DNA of 64,000 bases from an uncultured Omnitrophica bacterium (GTDB lineage Bacteria; Omnitrophota; Gorgyraeia; JACQQV01): the NCBI GenBank assembly GCA_947085655.1, contig CAMTXH010000013.1:23513-87512 (forward strand), read 5' to 3'. A program made the position numbers and the translations under genes. Position 1 is the first letter of the stretch, and each line of letters begins with the position of its first letter. The notes beneath the pieces were generated by a model. The model was given only the letters and a program-made list of their open reading frames with translations. It was not told where the DNA came from and searched no databases. Shown in pieces: positions 56,471 to 64,000 of this stretch.

Positions 56471-56586
56471 CGCTCTTAAAACAAAAAAGTTGTGGACTTT
56501 TCCACAATTTTTTGCTATAATTAATCCCAATGTCGTAGACCCTGCAAACGTGTCTGTGGGGTCGAAAGTAAGGGAGGTATGGCCGA

Positions 56587-57258
56587 ATGAGCGATTTAAA
56601 CGCGTTGTTGAGGGAACCGGTGGTGGCAATGCTGACCAAGGTCTGGAGCTATGTTCCGAACCTGGTGGCAGCCATAGTCATCCTTTTGGTAGGGTGGCTT
56701 TTGGCGAAGGTGATTGCAAGCATTGTCGAGAGGGTTCTGGAGGTCGCCCGGGTGGACATGGCGGCAGAGAAGGCCGGCTTGAATGACATCCTGGCCAAGG
56801 GGGATGTGAAGAAGTCGTTTTCCGAAATCCTGGCTGCAATCGTCTATTGGCTCATTATCCTGGTGGTGATCGCAACCGCTGTGCAACCCCTCCGGCTGAC
56901 CGTAGCCGCGGATTTGATGTCCCGCTTGATTGACTATATCCCGAACATCGTCGCTGCCATCTTCGTGCTGATTTTCGGAGGGCTTCTTTCAACTTTTTCG
57001 GGAAGCATTGTGCAGACGGCGGCCGGTAATGCCAAGCTCCGTCATGCGAGGACCTTCGGACAACTGGTCCGGGTCGTTATCATGATCCTGGCGATTGTGG
57101 TCGCCCTTGAGCAGCTCGGGATCGGGCGGACCATCAGCGTCGCACTCAACATTCTCCTCTGGAGTATAGGGCTCGGATTCGCGATTGCGGTCGGGCTGGG
57201 GTGCAAGGACCTGGTGGCCAAATGGGTCAATAATTTCGTCAATAGCCTGAAGCCGTAA
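56587..57258 (+). CDS. CmpX-like TM-helix-repeat membrane protein
   Basis: YVPNLVAA / YIPNIVAA repeats, AIAVGLG.KD. Confidence 0.82.
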   Translation: MSDLNALLREPVVAMLTKVWSYVPNLVAAIVILLVGWLLAKVIASIVERVLEVARVDMAAEKAGLNDILAKGDVKKSFSEILAAIVYWLIILVVIATAVQPLRLTVAADLMSRLIDYIPNIVAAIFVLIFGGLLSTFSGSIVQTAAGNAKLRHARTFGQLVRVVIMILAIVVALEQLGIGRTISVALNILLWSIGLGFAIAVGLGCKDLVAKWVNNFVNSLKP

Positions 57259-57291
57259 CCCCAGAAATGGCCCATTGAAGGATAGGGGGTA

Positions 57292-57328
57292 GGGAGGACC
57301 GGCGGAAAGACCGGTCCCCCCTTTTTTT
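57292..57328 (+). terminator. intrinsic terminator
   Basis: GGACCGG-cggaaaga-CCGGTCC stem followed by T7. Confidence 0.8.
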
Positions 57329-57340
57329 GTCCTGTTTTTC

Positions 57341-57369
57341 TTGACAGACCGTCGCTGGCGTTGTATACT
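57341..57369 (+). promoter_or_regulatory. sigma70 promoter of the ferredoxin gene
   Basis: TTGACA-N17-TATACT. Confidence 0.8.
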
Positions 57370-57389
57370 GAATAGTGAAGGAGGTTTTC

Positions 57390-57701
57390 ATGCCCTACGT
57401 GATTACCGAGAAATGTCTGGGTGAGCGCTATGGGGTTTGTGTGGGGGTCTGTCCGGTTGACTGCATCCACCCCGGAGAGTATAAAGGCGAAGTCTTTATG
57501 ATTATCGATCCGGAAACCTGCATCGACTGCGGGGCATGCCTTCCGGAGTGTCCCATCGAGGCGATTGTTGACTCGGCGGACAAGGACCCTGCTTACGCGA
57601 AGATCAATGCGGAATTAACTCCCACATTCAAAAACAATCCCAAAGCCGAGGAGCGGCCAAAGAACGATCCGCCTCGCAAGCCGACGAATAAACTGGTCTA
57701 A
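57390..57701 (+). CDS. dicluster (7Fe-type) ferredoxin
   Basis: C-x7-CVGVCPVDC and CIDCGACLPECP. Confidence 0.92.
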   Translation: MPYVITEKCLGERYGVCVGVCPVDCIHPGEYKGEVFMIIDPETCIDCGACLPECPIEAIVDSADKDPAYAKINAELTPTFKNNPKAEERPKNDPPRKPTNKLV

Positions 57702-57726
57702 TCGGTCATTATTTTTCACAGTCTTT

Positions 57727-59190
57727 TTGGGAATTGCCCTCGGACTGTATGCCAACAGTCTCGGGGGCGATTTCATTTGGGACGATGAGTTTCTGATCCA
57801 AAAAAACCGCTTCCTGGAAGGATGGCATCAGCTTCCGGAAATCTTCCGCAGTCCCCTCCATCTCTTTTCCCCCATCCCAAGCCCTTATTACCGGCCGCTT
57901 GTGACAATCAGTTTTTTGATGGACCGGACGTTGTGGGGCGGTGCGGCGTGGGGGTTTCATTGGACCAACGTCCTCCTCCACGGGACCGCCGGTTTTCTGG
58001 TTTTCCGGCTTGCCCTTGCTTTGGGTCTCGGGGGAGGGATCTCTTTTTGGGTGGGGCTTTTTTTTCTGGTTCATCCCCTTCACACCGAGGCGGTCAGTTA
58101 CCTTTCAGGGCGGGCCGATCCCTTGGTTGCCTGTTGGCTTTTTCTGGGGTCCCTTTCGTTCCTTCGCTTCCTGACCCGTCTCTCCTGGATTAGTTATGGC
58201 GCTTCTCTCGGCTTTTTCGCACTTGCCCTCCTTTCCAAGGAGATTGCTGTCCTTTTCCCCCTTTTTCTGGCGCTTTTGTTGTGGTATAGGGGTTCCCGGG
58301 AGGTCCGTTACCTTTTTCCCTTCGCAGCCCTTTTAGTCCTTTATGGGCTCTTCCGTCTGACACTGCAGGGATTTCCTCCTTTTCCTGAAGGGGACGCTGC
58401 GTTCCTTCAGAGAGGAAAAGTCAGCATTCAGAGTCTCCTTTTATATTTGAAACTGATTTTGTTTCCGTTTCCGCTCTATATGGAGCGGCGGCTTCCCTAT
58501 GACGGCCCTTTCTGGCGGGGAGAGACGATCATGGGTGGGGTGGCGGCGATTCTTTTTTTCATCCTTTGCCTTCGCTCCGGAAGGAAAAGAACGATCCTTT
58601 TCGGATGGGGGTGGTTCGCCGTCACGGTTTTTCCGACGCTGGGTCTTTTCCTGAGAACAAACCGCGTTGCGGAACATTTTTTGTATCTTGCCCTTTTTGG
58701 AATGGCGGTGGCGGTTGTCCCGGCGGTAAGGGAAGTTTTCGGACGGAGTGCCCTTTGGGTGGGGGTGTTTTTTGTCTTTTGTTTTTCAGTCTTGACCTAC
58801 CAGCAAAACCGAATCTGGGAAACGCCGGAGCGGTTTTACCGGCATCTTTTGGCCCATAATCCAGAAAGCGTTGTCGGACTCAATAATCTGGGCACGCTTC
58901 TTCTTGAGAAAGGAAAGTATGAAGAGGCGGTTCGGATGTTTGAGGAGGGACTGCGCCAAGCTCCAAACCATCCCCGGCTTCGTCATAATCTTGCCAACGC
59001 CTATCGGATGGCCGGAAATTGGGAAAAAGCGGTTTCTCTCTTTCAGGAGGCGCTTAAATGGAATCCTGATTCGGTGGAGAGCCGCTATTTTTTGGGGAAG
59101 ACGTACGAAGCGATGGGAAGAAGGTCTCTGGCCGAAGAACAGTATCGCATGCTCGAGGAACGCGGCATCCGCGTCAAAGAGCGCCCCTGA
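57727..59190 (+). CDS. TMTC-like GT-C glycosyltransferase with TPR repeats
   Basis: FIWDD, YYRPL, HPLHTEAV..SGRAD, C-terminal TPRs; start uncertain. Confidence 0.85.
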   Translation: MGIALGLYANSLGGDFIWDDEFLIQKNRFLEGWHQLPEIFRSPLHLFSPIPSPYYRPLVTISFLMDRTLWGGAAWGFHWTNVLLHGTAGFLVFRLALALGLGGGISFWVGLFFLVHPLHTEAVSYLSGRADPLVACWLFLGSLSFLRFLTRLSWISYGASLGFFALALLSKEIAVLFPLFLALLLWYRGSREVRYLFPFAALLVLYGLFRLTLQGFPPFPEGDAAFLQRGKVSIQSLLLYLKLILFPFPLYMERRLPYDGPFWRGETIMGGVAAILFFILCLRSGRKRTILFGWGWFAVTVFPTLGLFLRTNRVAEHFLYLALFGMAVAVVPAVREVFGRSALWVGVFFVFCFSVLTYQQNRIWETPERFYRHLLAHNPESVVGLNNLGTLLLEKGKYEEAVRMFEEGLRQAPNHPRLRHNLANAYRMAGNWEKAVSLFQEALKWNPDSVESRYFLGKTYEAMGRRSLAEEQYRMLEERGIRVKERP

Positions 59191-59547
59191 TTATTTAACC
59201 GCTTCTTTGACCCCTTCAACCGGAGCCATGACGGCATCCCGGGTTGTCTCGTAGGTGGTGGTGGCTGCCCCCTTTACCGGTTCGACCACGATTCCGACGG
59301 CTGCCTCTTTGCTTCCTGTCAAGGCCTCGCCCACATTCTCAACCTCACCGGTTCCGATGGCAACAGTCTTGGTCGTCGCTTGTGTGGCAACGCCGACCGA
59401 CTTCTCCGTTGTTTTGGCAGGAGCGCGGAAAAGTCCCCGGAAGAAACGGGTAAAGGCGTTTTCAGACTGTTCCGCCGCCTCCGCGGCCACCGTCAGCGCC
59501 AGGAAACCGACAACGACAAGCCCAATCAACCATTTGTGACGACGCAT
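59191..59547 (-). CDS. small secreted helical hypothetical protein
   Basis: RBS, signal peptide, Ala/Thr/Val-rich amphipathic body. Confidence 0.7.
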   Translation of the reverse strand: MRRHKWLIGLVVVGFLALTVAAEAAEQSENAFTRFFRGLFRAPAKTTEKSVGVATQATTKTVAIGTGEVENVGEALTGSKEAAVGIVVEPVKGAATTTYETTRDAVMAPVEGVKEAVK

Positions 59548-59619
59548 TGCAATGCCTCCTTTTGGCTATTCATTCTACCACAAGTTGGCTCATTTTGTTA
59601 GAATACAATTAATTGTTCC

Positions 59620-60225
59620 ATGAAGAAAGACGCCCTTCTTTTGGTTGATGTTCAGAATGATTTCTGTCCCGGCGGGGCCCTGGCCGTTCCGGAAGGGGAC
59701 CGGGTCATCCCTGTCCTGAATCAGTATGTGGCACAATTTCAGAAAGCGGATCTTCCCATTTTTGCCTCCCGCGACTGGCATCCCGCCGTCACCAAACATT
59801 TCAAGGCCTATGGCGGACCCTGGCCGCCCCACTGCATCCAGGGAACAAAAGGGGCGGACTTTCATCCCGGACTCAAACTCCCCAAGGGTGCGGTCGTGAT
59901 TTCGAAGGGGATGGATCCTGAAAAGGACAGTTACTCCGCCTTTCACGGTTATACCGAGGGCGGAACCGATTTTGAAAAGGCGTTGAAAAAAGAAGAAATC
60001 ATCCGGATTTACATCGGCGGCCTTGCGACCGATTACTGCGTGAAGCATAGTGTGCTGGATGCTCTGAAAAAAGGCTTTGAGACTTTTTTGTTGGAAGATG
60101 CGGTCCGTGGCGTGGAGGTTCATCCGGGAGATTCGGAGAAGGCGGTCAAGGAGATGGTGGGTGCAGGGACAGGAAGGATTCGTCTTCAGGATTTAACGTT
60201 TGACCGACACAATTTAAAACGCTGA
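59620..60225 (+). CDS. pncA: nicotinamidase
   Basis: DVQNDFCPGG, DWH, WPPHC, GLATDYCV. Confidence 0.95.
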   Translation: MKKDALLLVDVQNDFCPGGALAVPEGDRVIPVLNQYVAQFQKADLPIFASRDWHPAVTKHFKAYGGPWPPHCIQGTKGADFHPGLKLPKGAVVISKGMDPEKDSYSAFHGYTEGGTDFEKALKKEEIIRIYIGGLATDYCVKHSVLDALKKGFETFLLEDAVRGVEVHPGDSEKAVKEMVGAGTGRIRLQDLTFDRHNLKR

Positions 60226-61188
60226 TTTGTAGAAGTTCCGGACCCAGGCATGTTTTTTTGCTTCCCGGAGTTCCTCCACCGTAAAATACCTTCCATCGGA
60301 GACCGCTGTATTTTCCTCCACATGTTCCGGGCGGCGCATGCCGGGAATCACGGCCGTCACAGCGGGGAAACTCAGGCAGAATTTGAGCGCGGCCTGCGCC
60401 ATTGTTTTGATCTCACCGCGGATTAAAAACTTCATCCCCTCCACCCGTTCGCACGTCTCCAAAAGCCGCTCACCGGCAAAATAACGGCTTCGGAAATCAT
60501 TCCGATGGAAACGGGTTCCGGGAGTCAGTTTGCCTGAGAGCCCCCCTTCATCCAGCGGCACCCGGACAATCACGGCGGTTTTTGTTTTTTGGCAGAGGGG
60601 AAAGAGTTTTTCGGCGGGGGAGTGGTCGAAGAGGTTGAAAATTACCTGGACGCTGTCCACCATCCCGCTTTCCACGATCCGAATGGCCGAGTCGGGATCA
60701 TGGTCATTGATGGAGATTCCGAAGGCGCGGATTTTTCCGGAGCGTTTCAGTTTGTCGACCCCTTTTTTCCATTCCTCTGCATCCGTCCACCGGTCCGACC
60801 AGACATGGAGTTGCTGGAGATCGATCGTATCGGTCTTTAGATTTTTTAGACTTTTTTCCGTGCATTGAAGGATCCAATCTTCGGGAAAGGACTTTTGGCA
60901 GGGGACATCCTGCGCCGGCCAGGTTTTGTTCTTGGGGGGAATCTTCGTGGCAATGAAAAGATTCTGCCTTTCTTTCTTGAAGGCCTTGGCGATCAACCGT
61001 TCACTGTGGCCCTCTCCATAGACAAGGGCGGTGTCGTAGAAATTGATGCCGCATTCGAACGCCCGTTTCAGCGCCTTCAGGGAACGGGAATCCCACGTCG
61101 GTCCCCACCACCTTTTTCCGATTCCCCAGGCGCCGTAGCCGATTTCGGAAACAGACCAACCGGTTTTTCCGAAGATTCGTTTTTGCAT
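60214..61188 (-). CDS. aldo/keto reductase
   Basis: DTALVYG, IATK, IDLQQLH, IPG. Confidence 0.93.
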   Translation of the reverse strand: MQKRIFGKTGWSVSEIGYGAWGIGKRWWGPTWDSRSLKALKRAFECGINFYDTALVYGEGHSERLIAKAFKKERQNLFIATKIPPKNKTWPAQDVPCQKSFPEDWILQCTEKSLKNLKTDTIDLQQLHVWSDRWTDAEEWKKGVDKLKRSGKIRAFGISINDHDPDSAIRIVESGMVDSVQVIFNLFDHSPAEKLFPLCQKTKTAVIVRVPLDEGGLSGKLTPGTRFHRNDFRSRYFAGERLLETCERVEGMKFLIRGEIKTMAQAALKFCLSFPAVTAVIPGMRRPEHVEENTAVSDGRYFTVEELREAKKHAWVRNFYKSAF

Positions 61189-61241
61189 AACCCCACGCTA
61201 ACAGACAGGGACAGCGAAGTCAATTCTGTTATAATTGATCC

Positions 61242-62111
61242 ATGTGGGTTGCCCTGGCACTCCTATGTGCGCTTTTCATCGGGACAGGGGATGTCCTTTC
61301 AAAATTCGCCCTCCGGAAATCGGATGAGGGAATCGTGGGACTGGGGCGGCTCCTCTTTTCCATCCCCATTTTGGCAGGGGTGGCCATGGTGAAGGAGTTT
61401 CCCACCTTTCCCCCTTCCTTCTGGCGGATCTTCCTTTTTCTGATTCCCTTTGAACTCGCTGCCTATTTACTCTATCTTCGCGCAATCCGGGTGGCTCCCC
61501 TTTCCCTCGCCGTTCCCTTTTTGACGTTCACGCCGGTCTTCACCATTGTCACTTGCTGGGTCCTTCTCGGAGAGAGGGTTTCCCGCACAGGGGCTCTCGG
61601 CATCGTGATCATTACGGCCGGGGCCTATCTTCTATATCTGGAGACGGCCGAGGAGGGATGGTTTTCTCCGATCCGCGCCATTTTCCGGGAACGGGGAAGC
61701 CGTTACATGGTCACCGCTGCTTTTCTCTACAGCATTACGTCCAATTTGGGAAAACGGGCCATTCAGCTTTCCGATCCCTATGCCTTTGCTTTTTTCTACC
61801 AACTGAGTGATTCGGTGATTCTTTGGCTTGTGATGTGGAGGGTCTTTGGGCGGCGTTCCATTGGGAGGGAGGTCCTATCTCAGTGGCGCATTTATATTCT
61901 ATTGGGATCGGTGATGGCGTGCGCTTTTCTCGTTCATTGTATCGGGATCGTTCAGGCGCCGGTTCCGTACTTCCTCGCCATCAAACGGACGAGTCTTTTA
62001 ATCGGCGTCCTTTATGGGGGATTGTTGCTGAAGGAGGAAAGACTGGCACAGCGGCTTACGGCCGCCGTCCTCATGGTGTTGGGAGTGGGACTGATTGCTT
62101 TTTTAGGGTGA
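61242..62111 (+). CDS. EamA/DMT family transporter
   Basis: About 10 TM segments, LLGE and LKEE repeat ends. Confidence 0.88.
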   Translation: MWVALALLCALFIGTGDVLSKFALRKSDEGIVGLGRLLFSIPILAGVAMVKEFPTFPPSFWRIFLFLIPFELAAYLLYLRAIRVAPLSLAVPFLTFTPVFTIVTCWVLLGERVSRTGALGIVIITAGAYLLYLETAEEGWFSPIRAIFRERGSRYMVTAAFLYSITSNLGKRAIQLSDPYAFAFFYQLSDSVILWLVMWRVFGRRSIGREVLSQWRIYILLGSVMACAFLVHCIGIVQAPVPYFLAIKRTSLLIGVLYGGLLLKEERLAQRLTAAVLMVLGVGLIAFLG

Positions 62112-62270
62112 ATCTTTCAGCAGACAGTGAATTTGTCTGCGCTGCGCCATCGCGAAGGCGAGATCTTTTGGTTTGGTCTTTCGGGAACTTCCGCCTTTCG
62201 CGCACTTCACCCGCCTGACGGCGGCTTTTTCCGTCGTCACGGCCGCGGCCGTAACCCTTTGATCGGTCAT
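62103..62270 (-). CDS. possible 55-aa basic protein
   Basis: ATG 14 nt after the upstream stop; MTDQRVTAAAVTTEKAAVRRVKCAK...; weak RBS. Confidence 0.3.
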   Translation of the reverse strand: MTDQRVTAAAVTTEKAAVRRVKCAKGGSSRKTKPKDLAFAMAQRRQIHCLLKDSP

Positions 62271-62283
62271 GTTAAGATCTGAA

Positions 62284-62622
62284 TCAGACCGCTTCTTCGG
62301 CGATGAAAGGGTCCTGAAGACGGCGCGAGAAGAAGCGAATTTCTACCGTCCTTTCGAGATGGTCGATATTGTAGGAAAGAGGCCCGTCGTAGTCGCCGCA
62401 GACCACCGCGCAATCAGCCTGTTTTTCTTCTAACGCGGTAAACATCTGATCAAGAGCCGAATCTTCATCATACTCCGCGGTCTCGCTTTCAAAGAAACGG
62501 AGGAGCTCCATCCGCCGCTTGCGACAGAACCGCCGGATCGCCAACCGCTGGGCCTCGAGCCACGCCGCGTTGTGGGCCGTATCGAGCGTCGGCTCCCGGC
62601 GCAGGTATCCAAAGGCTTCCAT
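62284..62622 (-). CDS. stand-alone, degenerate resolvase N-terminal-like protein
   Basis: FGYLR..., LEAQRLAIRRFC, ELLRFFES resemble the serine recombinase N-terminus; no catalytic Ser, no HTH. Confidence 0.55.
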   Translation of the reverse strand: MEAFGYLRREPTLDTAHNAAWLEAQRLAIRRFCRKRRMELLRFFESETAEYDEDSALDQMFTALEEKQADCAVVCGDYDGPLSYNIDHLERTVEIRFFSRRLQDPFIAEEAV

Positions 62623-63013
62623 CTGCCACCCCCCTTCGTTGATCAGGCCGCGGTGGACGGCACGGGGGTGCGCCGTCCTTACCGTGGCCGATTGAATCCG
62701 CCTTTTGATGGCGGACCCGCTAAGTACTGGCAGGAAACTTACACGACTTGCTTCTCAAGCATTAAAAGTTTAGCATGAATTTTAGGGAGTGTGTGACAAA
62801 TTAATATTTGAGAAAATGGAAAATTGGCATATTATATCTTTTTTATTTACAAATAGTTAAGTATATATGAGGGGCTTGTAAATAAAAGTTAGTAGGTGTA
62901 AAACGATGCAAAAATTTTTAAAAGTTTTTAAAATGTTTGGCGCAAAATCTTGCCTAATTTGACAAAGCATGTTAGAATACTCCGAATCTTTCAGGGAAGG
63001 AGAACCGGCGATC

Positions 63014-64000
63014 ATGCGAATTACCGAAGGAAAATTAAGAGGACTCCAAGCGGTTTCAACCAACAAAGGAATCATTGCGGCCGCCGCCATGGACCAGCGG
63101 GGATCCCTGAAAAAATCAATTGCCAAGGAAAAGGGAGTCGATCCGAAAGAGGTGACACCGGCGATGCTTGCCGAGTTCAAGATAACCGTTTCCAGGATCC
63201 TCACCCCTTATGCGAGCGCCATTCTTCTGGATCCCGAGTACGGTCTCGAGGCGGTAAAGGTCCGGGCGAAAGGGACCGGCTGTCTTTTGGCTTATGAGTC
63301 CACCGGCTACGACCAGACACAGGAGGGCCGGATTCCCCAACTGATTCCAGGGTGGTCAGTCAAAAAGTCGATCGAGGCGGGAGCGGACTGCATTAAAATT
63401 TTGATGTACTACACCCCTTTTGAGAAGGAAGAAGTCAATCAAATCAAGCATGACATTGTCAGGCAAGTCGGCGAGGAATGCGCACGCGAGGATATCCCTT
63501 TCTTCCTTGAATTTGTCGGATACGAACCGGAAAGGGGCGATGAAAAGGGACTTGCGTTTGCGAAAAAAAAGCCCGAGGTGGTTCGGAAGAGCATGCGGGA
63601 ATTTTCCAAACCGGAATACCAAGTGGATGTGTTGAAAGTGGAAATCCCGGTGAATCTCCAGTACACCGAGGGAACGGAGGCCTCCCGAAGCAGAAAAGAA
63701 GAGGGATTCGCCTACACGCGGGAGGAGGCAAAGGCCCATTATCGCGCATGCGCCGAGGCGTCGAGCAAACCGTTTATTTATTTAAGCGCCGGGGTGAGCG
63801 ATGAGCAGTTCCGGGAGAGTCTCGCGCTTGCCATCGAAGCCAATATTCCTTTTAATGGCGTTCTTTGCGGTCGGGCCACATGGAAGGACGGCATCCCTCA
63901 TTATGCCAAAGGGGGTGTGGCCGCCTTTGAAAAGTGGCTCCGGGACCGCGGCGTCAAGAATATCCAGGCCTTGAACAAAATACTCGAGCAGGGCGCCCAG
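63014..64000 (+). CDS. lacD: tagatose-1,6-bisphosphate aldolase (LacD family), 3' truncated by the window
   Basis: AMDQRGSL, ILLDPEYG, DVLKVEIP, YLSAGV, GVLCGRATW. Confidence 0.9.
   Translation, partial: MRITEGKLRGLQAVSTNKGIIAAAAMDQRGSLKKSIAKEKGVDPKEVTPAMLAEFKITVSRILTPYASAILLDPEYGLEAVKVRAKGTGCLLAYESTGYDQTQEGRIPQLIPGWSVKKSIEAGADCIKILMYYTPFEKEEVNQIKHDIVRQVGEECAREDIPFFLEFVGYEPERGDEKGLAFAKKKPEVVRKSMREFSKPEYQVDVLKVEIPVNLQYTEGTEASRSRKEEGFAYTREEAKAHYRACAEASSKPFIYLSAGVSDEQFRESLALAIEANIPFNGVLCGRATWKDGIPHYAKGGVAAFEKWLRDRGVKNIQALNKILEQGAQ

Noticed and set aside
56524-56577. Hairpin in the leader of the CmpX-like gene
   Set aside because: Single modest stem with no recognisable aptamer; too little support
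59595-59610. TTGT-N6-ACAA upstream of pncA as an NrtR site
   Set aside because: Spacing is GT-N6-AC, not N7; more simply a TAGAAT -10 box
62757-62960. AT-rich tract as a replication origin
   Set aside because: No DnaA-box cluster or dnaA/dnaN context seen; fits a divergent promoter region

Overview
Bacterial chromosomal segment with about 65 CDS, mostly on the + strand. It is probably Candidatus Omnitrophota or a related PVC lineage; this is an inference from a TIGR04073-like protein, an AsmA-like protein and a DGG-motif secreted protein. I recognised no rRNA, tRNA, CRISPR array or intact transposase. Contents: stress and housekeeping genes (desaturase, msrA, cobB, otsAB, mscS, cstA, pit, acs, Fe-S carriers, korAB, nrtR-nadA, pncA, lacD-like aldolase), a bufferin-like MNIO RiPP cluster, a five-gene DsrE/TusA-like cluster and an AT-richer two-gene metalloprotease island. 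Main leads: (1) a signal-peptide protein whose ParB-like and kinase domains are bracketed by repeated A(E/R)D(G/R)G motifs, a possible processed effector polyprotein; (2) a bufferin-like cluster with fused MNIO-DUF2063, linked by a shared ECF promoter motif to a sigma/anti-sigma pair and an unannotated membrane zinc-finger microprotein; (3) two promoter-proximal terminators; (4) three deletion scars. All family calls come from motif recognition, not database searches.
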